Below are positions 1-8,731 of a stretch of 60,479 nt of DNA, in pieces. The stretch spans positions 1 through 60,479 of the forward strand of contig CALBDR010000358.1 of assembly GCA_937927525.1 (NCBI GenBank). Reading direction: 5' to 3'. Numbering within the stretch: the first letter of the stretch is position 1; each line of letters starts with the position of its first letter. The notes beneath the pieces are model-generated. The model was not told where the DNA came from, ran no database searches, and saw only the letters and a program-made list of their open reading frames with translations. Made by a program: the position numbers and the translations under genes. The stretch comes from an uncultured Candidatus Melainabacteria bacterium. Lineage in GTDB: Bacteria; Cyanobacteriota; Vampirovibrionia; LMEP-6097.

Positions 1-66
1 GTACCAACTACTCAAAATAACTTGAAAGTTGGGGCTGCTTGAGGGGGTATCATATAAAACTTTAAG

Positions 67-1338
67 CTATGAGGAGACCTCAAAAACTGGAATCTTGATA
101 GTGAAACTAGACCCCTCTCCCAGCTTACTTTCACATTCAATGTCTGCATCTAAAGCTACAGCTAAATCTTTACAGATAGCTAAGCCTAAGCCTAATCCAT
201 GAATTTTATTAGTTTTAGCACTTTTAACTCTATAGAATCTATCAAAAACTTTTTCAACATCTTCTTCAGTCATACCAATACCATGATCAGATACTGTGAT
301 AGCGACACGCTTTCCTGCTTCTATAGCTCTTGCAAAAACTTTGATTTCACCACCATCTGGAGAATATTTAATGGCATTTGTCATCAAGTTTTCTATGATC
401 TGTAGAAGTAGTTTTCTGTCAGCCTTTATACGTGGTAACTTTTCATCAAATTTAAAATTAAACTCATGGTTGTCTCTAAAGTGAGTCAAAGTCTTATGCG
501 CAAAGAAAATTAACTCTGTTAAATCAACTTTCTCAAAAGTAACCTGCCAACCAATATTATTAGCTCTATTCAACTGAATCAAATCATCAATCATCCTAGA
601 AAGTCTATTACTAGCATCAACTATCTGCTCAGCAGCTTCACTTACTATTTCAGGACTATTTTGGTGACGAATAAGCATATTACTAAAACCGAGAATACCT
701 ACAAGTGGTGTTCTCAATTCATGTGAAACATTATTAATCAAATCAATTTTAAATTTATTAATTTCAACAAGTTCTTGGTTTTTCTGCTCTAACACCTTTA
801 GTTTTACTAAGGAAGCTTCTAGGAAATTACGTAAATTATTAAAAATAGAATCAGAGATTTGTTTAATTTTTGCCTTAGATAATGGATTTATATCCTTCGG
901 CATCTGTAATTCATCAATTTTCAAAGCCAGAAAATCGGCAAAAGCCCATATTAAGGAATGTTGATCTTCTGTGATTTCATCTGTAGCCTTTAAGTAAAAT
1001 AAACCGATAACCCTTCCTCTAACTTCCAAAGGGTAAGTAACCTGATAGGCACTCACTTTACTCGGACTTTTAGATATTAAAATATCTTCAATCAATCTTC
1101 TATCAAAGAATTCGCTGTCTATAAGCTCTTGCATAACCTCAGAACCATCTGATTTATCTTTAGATAAATTCCCTAGAATATAAACTTCAACCTCAACAAA
1201 TGGCAAATAAGCCTTCATTGTCTCTGTAACCTTATCTATAATCAAATCAACGTCATTCAGATCCTCGATAATTTTTATGAAATTACGGAACCATAGCCAA
1301 TTAAAATTTTTTGATGATCTTGAAACAGTTATATCCAT
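67..1338 (-). CDS. Sensor histidine kinase (N-terminal GAF-like sensor region, HisKA + HATPase_c core)
   Basis: 423-aa ORF. H-box SHELRTPLVGILGFSNML, N-box NLMTNAIKYSP, G-boxes DHGIGM and GLGLGLAICK. No response regulator adjacent. Confidence 0.9.
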   Translation of the reverse strand: MDITVSRSSKNFNWLWFRNFIKIIEDLNDVDLIIDKVTETMKAYLPFVEVEVYILGNLSKDKSDGSEVMQELIDSEFFDRRLIEDILISKSPSKVSAYQVTYPLEVRGRVIGLFYLKATDEITEDQHSLIWAFADFLALKIDELQMPKDINPLSKAKIKQISDSIFNNLRNFLEASLVKLKVLEQKNQELVEINKFKIDLINNVSHELRTPLVGILGFSNMLIRHQNSPEIVSEAAEQIVDASNRLSRMIDDLIQLNRANNIGWQVTFEKVDLTELIFFAHKTLTHFRDNHEFNFKFDEKLPRIKADRKLLLQIIENLMTNAIKYSPDGGEIKVFARAIEAGKRVAITVSDHGIGMTEEDVEKVFDRFYRVKSAKTNKIHGLGLGLAICKDLAVALDADIECESKLGEGSSFTIKIPVFEVSS

Positions 1339-1368
1339 TACTACTGATACAATAATAACTAAAAGTAG

Positions 1369-1860
1369 ATGCAGAAAGCTTGGCTATTATTAATTTTTCT
1401 TATATTGTCTTTTAATTCAGTAAAAGCAAGACTAAACGCAACTTATGCAGAAAACTTAAAACAGCATGGTGCTGAAATAACAAGAGAAGTCTTTTCAGAG
1501 AACCCTTTCACGGGCTACATAACTTTCTCAGTCGATAAGGATTGGAAACTGAAAGCTTATTTCGTGAATGGTAGAGTACGAAGTGAACACCTTTTACCTG
1601 TAGATCCAGAAAAGCCTAAAATTTTAACAAGATCAGAAGTTCGTAACTGGTCTGCAAAGATGTTTAGAATGGTAGATAGAGGTGTCTTCCATAAACAAAT
1701 GAACCAACCTCGAGTAAAAGCTTTCTTCTTCGATAAAGGTCTTATTAGTTACGAGTATGAAATTGAACAAAAAAGAACTCTTGGTTATAGATCTGTCAAG
1801 GTACTTTTCTATGAGCCTGGTAGGACTTATAGGAATATTAAAATCAAAGCTTATATTTAG
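1369..1860 (+). CDS. Hypothetical secreted protein
   Basis: 163-aa ORF with an N-terminal hydrophobic signal-like segment (MQKAWLLLIFLILSFNSVKA). No recognisable family motif. Confidence 0.6.
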   Translation: MQKAWLLLIFLILSFNSVKARLNATYAENLKQHGAEITREVFSENPFTGYITFSVDKDWKLKAYFVNGRVRSEHLLPVDPEKPKILTRSEVRNWSAKMFRMVDRGVFHKQMNQPRVKAFFFDKGLISYEYEIEQKRTLGYRSVKVLFYEPGRTYRNIKIKAYI

Positions 1861-1945
1861 GGGTATAGGGATGCACAGACCTGTTGCTGCGCCCCAGCGG
1901 AGCTGGGTCCCTAAGCTCGCAACAAATCTGTGCATCCCTATACCC
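1861..1945 (+). repeat. GC-rich hairpin element, copy A (19-bp perfect stem around a conserved core)
   Basis: The stem is GGGTATAGGGATGCACAGA (1861-1879) paired with TCTGTGCATCCCTATACCC (1927-1945). The core at 1885-1921 is identical to 30020-30056. The element starts directly after the TAG stop of the upstream gene. Confidence 0.85.
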
Positions 1946-1969
1946 GCTACAATCTAGTGGGTGGGGTTT

Positions 1970-1989
1970 GGAACTTGCTGTTCCTTTTT
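1970..1989 (+). terminator. Weak rho-independent terminator-like hairpin
   Basis: GGAAC-ttgct-GTTCC followed by TTTTT, just upstream of the ATG at 1993. The stem is only 5 bp. Confidence 0.3.
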
Positions 1990-1992
1990 ACT

Positions 1993-2808
1993 ATGTATAA
2001 AAAGTGTACTTTTAAAAAACTAAGTGGCATTGTTATTATTCATGATCTTGAGCGAAGCCTTTTGAGTAATAGTATAAGCGCGTTAAAAAAAATTAGCTTA
2101 GTTGAAAATATTTCAACTATTCATAAAAATAAATTCCTTGAAATTTCTGATAATTCCTCCTTTGATGAGGATACTTCGATTTTAGTTTTACATTTAGATC
2201 TTCGCCATGAAATTAAGAATCATGAGCTTATCTCCAGACATGCACAACTGCTTGGACTTGGGCAAATAAACCAGTATAATCCTATAACTGAAATATTTGA
2301 TAATAAGTACAAGTTTTATCAATTCATGATTGCGAGTGGTTTAGAGCAGCTTAAGACCAAGAAAATCATAAGTCAAACAGAAGCATTAAAAATAATTCAC
2401 GATTTTACTTCAAATTCATCCTCAAAGAATTTTATTTTAAAAACTACTCATGGAACTGAGTCTAGAGATCAGTTTCATCTTAGTGAAAAGAAAATTAATA
2501 ATAATTTCCAGCATATCGAAACTGAGCTAAATAGCTACTTAACAAGAGTTTTAAACTATGATTCCATTGTTATTCAGGAATTTCTTGATAACGCTGAAAC
2601 TAAAAAAATACTCATTTATATGGAACAAATAATCACAAAAAATATAAATGAGGAAGAAGAAAATTTAATTAAAGAATTTATCAGTGAACTACAAGAAATA
2701 CAACATGAATTACCTAAAATATTTTCTTTAGATCTATTGTGCTCAGAATCTAAAACTATTATTCTAGAAGCGAATTCAAGACCTGCTGCGATTTACAAAT
2801 ACCTATAG
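1993..2808 (+). CDS. ATP-grasp fold protein (RimK-like), function unknown
   Basis: ATP-grasp-like blocks NFILKTTHGTESRDQ, SIVIQEFL and IILEANSRPA. The track ORF starts at 1930, inside the hairpin repeat, so I prefer the ATG at 1993 (MYKKCTF). Confidence 0.55.
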   Translation: MYKKCTFKKLSGIVIIHDLERSLLSNSISALKKISLVENISTIHKNKFLEISDNSSFDEDTSILVLHLDLRHEIKNHELISRHAQLLGLGQINQYNPITEIFDNKYKFYQFMIASGLEQLKTKKIISQTEALKIIHDFTSNSSSKNFILKTTHGTESRDQFHLSEKKINNNFQHIETELNSYLTRVLNYDSIVIQEFLDNAETKKILIYMEQIITKNINEEEENLIKEFISELQEIQHELPKIFSLDLLCSESKTIILEANSRPAAIYKYL

Positions 2809-2844
2809 ATAAGTTATATTTTACTGAGAGCGCTAGTAACAGTT

Positions 2845-4191
2845 ATGACAGTTCATATTATCCAAGACTTTGTACCGTATAATGAATCCGTAATCTGGGA
2901 CTTAACCGAGAAGTATTATAAAGAAAATGGTTTAGATGTTTTCAGTAAGATGGAAGCAAAAGATATAGTTCCTTATGAAAGTACTTCTAATTATCAAAGT
3001 GCAAAGGCTTACTTAGAGATGCTTATTGCAAGCTCTAAAGATTTACCTGAATCAAGTTTCCCATTAAAGCTTCTAGACTGTGGGGCTGGTAATGGCTATT
3101 TTGCTTACAACCTTTTACACGCTGCCAAGGAAATGAATTTCCTCGATAAAATTTATGTAATTATTACAGATTTTGCAAAAGAAAACCTTCTGGGAGTGAA
3201 GAAAAAGAAAATTCTGGCTGGCTTTGAAGAATTTAAACACTACGAATTAGTTGAATTAGATGTAAGTAATTTAGAAACAGCTAAATCATTAGATGATAAA
3301 CCATATAAATTTGAAAATATTTACGCTGTCAGCATGAACTATCTACTAGACTTACTTCCACTTACAGTGCTTAATAGAAAGAACTCAATGTTTAAGGAAA
3401 AGTTTGATCAATTACAAATTAAAACATTTATAGAAAGTAAAGAAGATCTTAAAGATATGGACTTTATGACTTACTGTAAAGCTCTTGATTATGAATTCAA
3501 ATGGGCTCCTTACAAGATAGAAGAAGAGCCTGAATCAGAGAAGAAATACTATGATTTCTTTTTAAATTACCATGAGAAAAACAAAACTATTGTTGGCAGA
3601 CACTTATACTTCCCATACTTTTCATTCATTTCTATAGAAGCTTTAATGAAAGTGGTTACAGATGATGGTTTTTTATATATTGCTGATATTCCTCCTCGAA
3701 AGTACGAAATCTTTAAAAGCTTTGGCGCATCAATTAGTCACGAAATAGAAGTTGAAATACTTGCGGCTTTTGCTGCAGACTTACTAGGCTATGATAGCGT
3801 AAGCCTAGTTGATGATATTTTATCTAGAATTATAATCTGCAAATCTAACAAGCTCAAGATTGAATTAAAGAAAAGCTTCAATAAAGTTTTTATCGAAGAA
3901 AATATGGTCAATAGACTTGCTGACATAAGACTAGCCTTAGGTTCTTTCCATCATAAAGAAGCTAGTGACATTTTTCTAACTCTTCTAGATGAATTCGAAA
4001 AGCTAGCTGGGCCTAGTTCTGAGGTCGCTCTTAGACGTGGCTATTATCATCGTATAAATGGCGACTTTAAAAAAGCAAAAGAATACTATGAAAAAGCTAA
4101 AAAGCTTGATTTCATAAATGATTATGATATTGATGCTATTTTATGGAAACTGGAGCACGAGCAAAAAGATCCAGAACTAACTGTTTTTTAA
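2845..4191 (+). CDS. Class I SAM-dependent methyltransferase-like protein with helical repeat C-terminus
   Basis: 448-aa ORF with motif I-like LLDCGAGNGYFAYNL. The C-terminal segment (RRGYYHRINGDFKKAKEYYEKAKKLD) looks like a TPR. Confidence 0.6.
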   Translation: MTVHIIQDFVPYNESVIWDLTEKYYKENGLDVFSKMEAKDIVPYESTSNYQSAKAYLEMLIASSKDLPESSFPLKLLDCGAGNGYFAYNLLHAAKEMNFLDKIYVIITDFAKENLLGVKKKKILAGFEEFKHYELVELDVSNLETAKSLDDKPYKFENIYAVSMNYLLDLLPLTVLNRKNSMFKEKFDQLQIKTFIESKEDLKDMDFMTYCKALDYEFKWAPYKIEEEPESEKKYYDFFLNYHEKNKTIVGRHLYFPYFSFISIEALMKVVTDDGFLYIADIPPRKYEIFKSFGASISHEIEVEILAAFAADLLGYDSVSLVDDILSRIIICKSNKLKIELKKSFNKVFIEENMVNRLADIRLALGSFHHKEASDIFLTLLDEFEKLAGPSSEVALRRGYYHRINGDFKKAKEYYEKAKKLDFINDYDIDAILWKLEHEQKDPELTVF

Positions 4192-4545
4192 AACTCCATA
4201 TATAATCATACTGCTTAAGACTACCAGAACAGAGCTTAAAACGATTATGTAACTCAAACCAAAGTATTTCAAAGCAAGAAATATAAAAAAGGCGGTAATA
4301 ATGCCACGCATAGCAGAAACTAGGACTTTCAAAGAGATTAATGATTTAGCCATTTTGGCTTGATTTAATACTTTATAGACCAGAAAAGAAAAATTAAGTG
4401 AGCGAATATAGACTTGGAAAATAGCTGCTAGGACTAGAAACAAATAGATATTTTCAAATTGAATGACAGATAAATTCAAAGCCACGACTAGGCTGAGAAT
4501 TAATTGTATATCTGCAAGTTCAAGTTTTTTTATTTTTTTGAGCAT
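4177..4545 (-). CDS. Small integral membrane protein
   Basis: 122-aa ORF with about four hydrophobic helices. It converges on, and overlaps by 15 nt, the end of the methyltransferase gene. Confidence 0.55.
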   Translation of the reverse strand: MLKKIKKLELADIQLILSLVVALNLSVIQFENIYLFLVLAAIFQVYIRSLNFSFLVYKVLNQAKMAKSLISLKVLVSAMRGIITAFFIFLALKYFGLSYIIVLSSVLVVLSSMIIYGVLKNS

Positions 4546-4577
4546 CTAATGGAACTTTATTTATTGAATCAATAATA

Positions 4578-4609
4578 GCAAAAAGAAAGGCAGCCCTTAG
4601 GCTGCCTTT
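4578..4609 (-). terminator. Rho-independent terminator after the His-rich peptide gene
   Basis: Perfect hairpin AAAGGCAGCC-ctta-GGCTGCCTTT (4586-4609). On the minus strand it is followed by TTTCTTTTT. Confidence 0.75.
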
Positions 4610-4634
4610 ACTCAAGTATATTAATACTTATAAA

Positions 4635-4883
4635 TTAGTGTCCGTGACCATCATGATCTTCATCATCACCACAGTGGTGATCTCCACCATGATTGTGATG
4701 CTCATCGCCGTCATGGTCGTGATCATGACCATGGTTAGAACATGATTGAATTTCTTTCACCGCTAACCCAGCCTTTAAGCTCACTACGCTTACAGCCTGA
4801 GCTGAAATACCAAAGCCTACAGCTAGAGCAGTAAATGCTGCTAAAGACTTTCTTACTAGATCTAATAAATTAATTTTTCTCAT
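4635..4883 (-). CDS. Secreted His/Asp-rich metal-binding peptide
   Basis: 82-aa ORF with a GGAGG SD upstream. It has a signal-like N-terminus ending AQA. By hand count, the last 36 residues hold 12 His, 11 Asp/Glu and 2 Cys. Confidence 0.75.
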   Translation of the reverse strand: MRKINLLDLVRKSLAAFTALAVGFGISAQAVSVVSLKAGLAVKEIQSCSNHGHDHDHDGDEHHNHGGDHHCGDDEDHDGHGH

Positions 4884-4980
4884 AAATCCTCCGTTCTGAG
4901 TTCCTTAACTAAAGATATAGTACCACGATAGATCTAATCTATATCACTTATGGAAGCAAATGACAGAATTAATTATGAAA

Positions 4981-5301
4981 CTAAGCTAACTGTTGATATT
5001 CGTCTGGGAAATTAGCAGAGTTTAATATATTTTTCTTACTTTCTTCTACATTGTTCATTAGTTCATCAAGGCAGTTTAATAAATTTATTTCTCTTTCAGT
5101 TACTAATTTGTCTTCTTCAACTAATATTCTAAGAGCCATGCTTGCCTTTTCAAAACCTACCTCACCTTTGAGGTACGCAATGGTGTTATTGAATATATTA
5201 ATAGTATTAACAGAATCGATTCCTAAAGCAACATAAAATTCTTTAAGAGAAACGATTTGGTTAATTATTTCTTTTATGTTTTTGTTGTCTATATTTACCA
5301 T
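4981..5301 (-). CDS. Hypothetical protein
   Basis: 106-aa ORF preceded by AAGGAG. Predicted helical, no recognisable motif. Confidence 0.6.
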   Translation of the reverse strand: MVNIDNKNIKEIINQIVSLKEFYVALGIDSVNTINIFNNTIAYLKGEVGFEKASMALRILVEEDKLVTEREINLLNCLDELMNNVEESKKNILNSANFPDEYQQLA

Positions 5302-5553
5302 TGGGGTCTCCTTTAATAATCTTACCCGATATATATAGTATTAATCAGAAACAAATTTCTGTCTACAGAAAAAAGATTAAATATGTTTAATAAACGGAAC
5401 TTTATTTGTTCCAAAATGAACTGAGTTTTAGGTTAAGAACAGGTTAAGTTCTTATATGAAGATATCATAAGTTTGGAACATAGTAAATGAAAAAAAATTC
5501 AAAATTAAAAAGTTTTATTTATTAGTTATTTTGCAGCTAAAATTGAATTGCAG

Positions 5554-6558
5554 ATGACGAAAAAAGTAATATTGACTGGAGATAGACCTACTGGACCTTT
5601 ACATTTAGGCCATTTCCTAGGTTCCTTACAGAACAGAGTAAAACTTCAGAATACTGGTGACTTCGAACAAAACATCTTAATTGCTGATATGCAAGCTTTA
5701 ACTGATCACTTTGATCAACCAGAAAAAATTAAAGAAAATATTCACGAAGTAGCAATGGATTATTTAGCTACAGGAATAGACCCTAATAAAAGTACTATTT
5801 GTCTTCAATCTCAGCTTTCAGTTTTACCAGAGCTAACTATGTATTTTTTAAATCTACTTACTTTAAATCAAGTCGAAAGAAATCCCACTGTTAAAGAGGA
5901 AATTCGTCAGAAAAACTTTGAAAATAAAATCCCTGTAGGCTTTCTCATATATCCAGTAAGTCAAGCAGCTGACATAACAGCATTTGGAGCTGATTTAGTT
6001 CCAGTAGGAGCTGACCAGATACCGATGATAGAAGATACTAACTTTATAGTTAGAAAATTTAACAGTACCTATAAAACAGATATTCTTAAAGAAGCTGAAG
6101 CTATGGTTCCAGAGAACTTCTCTCGCCTAGTAGGACTCGATGGTAAAGCGAAAATGAGTAAATCACTGGGCAATGCCATTTACTTAAAAGATGATAGTGA
6201 GACTCTCTTTAAGAAAATCAAACAAATGTATACAGACCCTAATCACCTCAAAGTCGAAGACCCAGGAGAAATAGAAGGAAATGTAGTTTTCACTTATTTA
6301 GATGCCTTTGACGATGACACTAAGACTGTCCAAGAATTAAAAGACCACTACAGCAGAGGTGGGCTAGGAGACATGAAAGTGAAAAAGTATCTCTACGAAG
6401 TAATGGAACATAAATTTAAAGACATTCGTGAGAAAAGGGCTGAGCTAGCTAAAGATATTTTCCAAATTGAACAAATTGTTAAGGAAGGAACTGAACGAGC
6501 TCAAGATATTACCAGTTCTTTCATGGTTAAAATCAAAAAATCTATGGGCCTTGCCTGA
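5554..6558 (+). CDS. trpS: Tryptophan--tRNA ligase
   Basis: Class I motifs GPLHLGHFLGS (HIGH) and KMSKS. The track ORF begins at a TTG (5548); the ATG at 5554 gives the typical MTKKVILTGDRPTG N-terminus. Confidence 0.95.
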   Translation: MTKKVILTGDRPTGPLHLGHFLGSLQNRVKLQNTGDFEQNILIADMQALTDHFDQPEKIKENIHEVAMDYLATGIDPNKSTICLQSQLSVLPELTMYFLNLLTLNQVERNPTVKEEIRQKNFENKIPVGFLIYPVSQAADITAFGADLVPVGADQIPMIEDTNFIVRKFNSTYKTDILKEAEAMVPENFSRLVGLDGKAKMSKSLGNAIYLKDDSETLFKKIKQMYTDPNHLKVEDPGEIEGNVVFTYLDAFDDDTKTVQELKDHYSRGGLGDMKVKKYLYEVMEHKFKDIREKRAELAKDIFQIEQIVKEGTERAQDITSSFMVKIKKSMGLA

Positions 6559-6652
6559 TTATATAGTTATATCTTAATCAAAAATTTGTACAATCTTTAA
6601 GGAAATATAAATTTTTGTGACAATTAACTTTGTAAGTATAGAGGAAGGAAAA

Positions 6653-7096
6653 ATGGATAACAATGCAAAGGAAGAGTTGAAAAAACTCTCTTCCAAATAT
6701 AGAAAATTCTTATTAAATAATAAAGATAGAGAAATAGTCAGTTTAAACCCTGAATATACATTGAAAGCAATTCAAAAACACTTAAAATTCCCACTTGGAA
6801 AATATATTAGTGGTGAGGAACTTAAATCATTCAATAAATTTAGTGAAAGTGTAAAAATATTAGCAAAGATTGCTGTAGAACATAAATTAGAGAACGGCTT
6901 TGCTTCTCTAATTAAACACGCTATTAGCAAAAAGAAAAATATTGTGATTATTGATGACTCAGAAGATTTAGGTATAAATTTAAACAGTATATTTATCAAC
7001 TTAGATAATGTCACACTCACAAGAGATTTTATGGAAGGAAATGTTCGAGAAGAAGGAGTTACAAAAAATGGACAGAAAGAGACCAGAGGAACATAA
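6653..7096 (+). CDS. Hypothetical protein
   Basis: The ORF frame is open from 6617 (GTG). The ATG at 6653 follows GAGGAAGGA. No family motif. Confidence 0.55.
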   Translation: MDNNAKEELKKLSSKYRKFLLNNKDREIVSLNPEYTLKAIQKHLKFPLGKYISGEELKSFNKFSESVKILAKIAVEHKLENGFASLIKHAISKKKNIVIIDDSEDLGINLNSIFINLDNVTLTRDFMEGNVREEGVTKNGQKETRGT

Positions 7097-7883
7097 AATT
7101 CATTTTCAAGAAAAGTTAATAGAAGACTGTAAAGAGTATCTAAAAATGTTTCCTGAAGCGAAAAAGTTTCTTTTCTTAAGTAATGAGCACCTAAAAAACA
7201 AACTCAGTATAAAGGACTATATCAGCACCCTGATTGAATCATATGAATTAAGTAATATCAGTAAATGGAAAAATTCAAAATATTTTAATCAAAAATTAGA
7301 AGAAAAAGCCACAGGCTTTATTGAGTTTACGAGGCTTGCAAGCAAAATCTATGAATTGGAAGAAGTAGAAGAACTTAGCTTGACAAAGGTATACAGTTTG
7401 TTCTTAGATAACCTAAATTTCTATCGAGATCATAATCTCTTCTTTGATGAATTAAAAAAAATTATTAACGAATATATAGATAAAAATTGTCAGGGAGAAG
7501 TATCACATAGAGTCATAGGTAGATGTACTCAAAAATGGTTAAGCTCAGCTGAGTACAGTGAAGAGCTAGTTAGCAAGTTTAAAGAATTCAATTTATCACT
7601 AAGCTCTAACTTTACCAAAATCATGAATCAAAAAATAAGTGAACTCAGCTTTGAAGAAAAAGAATACATAAAAGCCAAATGCATTGACGAAATATTCACA
7701 GATAGAATACTATGTAACCTTTTCTCTGATGGATACTTACCAGATGTAAGCCTAGATAAAATCCAGCTTAATGTTAGTAGAAAAGCAAAGTCTATGGCAA
7801 GTCAAATAGAAAATAGTAGATATCTATACACCAGCTTGGAGAGTATCTCAAAGAATGAGTTTATTCCAAATACATGGTTTTAA
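7068..7883 (+). CDS. Hypothetical protein
   Basis: The frame is open from 7008. The ATG at 7068 is preceded by AAGGAG (7053-7058). It overlaps the upstream gene by 29 nt. Confidence 0.6.
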   Translation: MDRKRPEEHKIHFQEKLIEDCKEYLKMFPEAKKFLFLSNEHLKNKLSIKDYISTLIESYELSNISKWKNSKYFNQKLEEKATGFIEFTRLASKIYELEEVEELSLTKVYSLFLDNLNFYRDHNLFFDELKKIINEYIDKNCQGEVSHRVIGRCTQKWLSSAEYSEELVSKFKEFNLSLSSNFTKIMNQKISELSFEEKEYIKAKCIDEIFTDRILCNLFSDGYLPDVSLDKIQLNVSRKAKSMASQIENSRYLYTSLESISKNEFIPNTWF

Positions 7884-7902
7884 AAGAAGTAAGTTATATA
7901 AA

Positions 7903-8496
7903 CTATCTCTCACAAAAATCTTGAATTAAGTCTAAGCTAGTTTCAGAACTCAATAAGTACTGCTCAAAATTATTTGAATTTTTTCTTTGGCGATTTAATT
8001 CAAAAAGACATATAGAGGCTGTTACAGAAAGATTAAGACTCTGAATCATACCCTGCATAGGAATCATAATCTTATTATCAGCAAGTTCTATAGCTTTTTC
8101 GGAGAGTCCACGTTTCTCATTTCCAAGAACAAAAGCGACTTTCTCTGTTTCAAGTAAGTTAGTTTCATAAAGTGAAACAGTATCATCAGATAAAACAGTG
8201 GCATAAGTCTGATAATCTCTCTTTTTCAAATCAGCATAAGCATCTTCAATAGAATCAAAGATTTTAAAATCCACCCATTTATTGGCAGAAGTAGATGTAG
8301 CTTTGCCCATCTCTTTAGGGTCAAAAGCTTGCTGCTTATCGAATACTAAGTAAATTTCCTGAATTGCAAAGGCGTCACAACTTCTAAAAACAGCTATGGC
8401 ATTATGAGGATCATAGATATCTTCTAAAACTACAATACCATGCTGTCTAGCATTAGCAACTCTAGTAATTTTCTCTAATCTTTCAGGAGTGGGCAT
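7903..8496 (-). CDS. trmH: SpoU/TrmH-family tRNA/rRNA 2'-O-methyltransferase
   Basis: SPOUT motifs VLGNEKRGLS and IPMQGMIQSLNLSVTASICLFE, plus N-terminal DPHNAIAVFRSCDAF. Confidence 0.85.
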   Translation of the reverse strand: MPTPERLEKITRVANARQHGIVVLEDIYDPHNAIAVFRSCDAFAIQEIYLVFDKQQAFDPKEMGKATSTSANKWVDFKIFDSIEDAYADLKKRDYQTYATVLSDDTVSLYETNLLETEKVAFVLGNEKRGLSEKAIELADNKIMIPMQGMIQSLNLSVTASICLFELNRQRKNSNNFEQYLLSSETSLDLIQDFCER

Positions 8497-8731
8497 AATT
8501 AAGATCTTACTAAGAGATCTAATATTAACATTTTCACAAGCTATAACTCATTGTTTATAACATAATTCCCCAATCCCAAAATGATCAAGAAATTTTACTA
8601 GTCGAATACTCATTTTTAATTTTATTAATTATAGTAAACCCAGCATTTTAAAAGATACAAGATAAACATCGATTATAAAGGTAATTTACATATTCTGGGA
8701 ATAATCTAAATAGAAGGGAGGTGGACAATTG

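Noticed and set aside
199-484. Short + strand ORFs (199..405 and 296..484) inside the histidine kinase gene
   Set aside because: They are antisense to a well-supported CDS, have no SD and have low-complexity translations. The same reasoning applies to other antisense track ORFs, for example 5051..5236, 6772..7020, 10087..10390, 21944..22339, 36112..36381, 43480..43764, 50595..50903, 54842..55129 and 55566..56006.
1901-1920. The core segment GGGTCCCTAAGC resembles, from memory, the UCCCAAGC loop of twister self-cleaving ribozymes
   Set aside because: I cannot identify the other conserved twister elements: the UA cleavage-site loop, or a 3' G-rich partner for the pseudoknot. A 19-21-bp perfect enclosing stem is atypical. 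A covariance-model search would be needed, so I make no claim.
1633-1957. Track ORFs 1633..1935 (-) and 1757..1957 (+), and the 1930 start of the 1930..2808 ORF
   Set aside because: They run through the GC-rich hairpin repeat and overlap the 1369..1860 gene. The equivalents at copy B (29805..30077 and 29914..30141) are open for the same reason. These are repeat-derived open frames, not genes.
5302-5553. Possible T-box or attenuator upstream of trpS (overlapping CAGAAA/TTTCTG/CAGAAA hairpins at about 5348-5380)
   Set aside because: There is no T-box consensus (AGGGUGGNACCGCG-like) and no specifier-loop architecture. The stems are only 5-6 bp and AT-rich, and no terminator with a T-tract sits in the trpS orientation.
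7008-7096. Possible frameshift or pseudogene joining ORFs 6617..7096 and 7008..7883 at the A6 run (7062-7067)
   Set aside because: An in-frame ATG at 7068 with a consensus AAGGAG 9 nt upstream explains the second ORF as an independent, overlapping gene. No evidence requires a frameshift.
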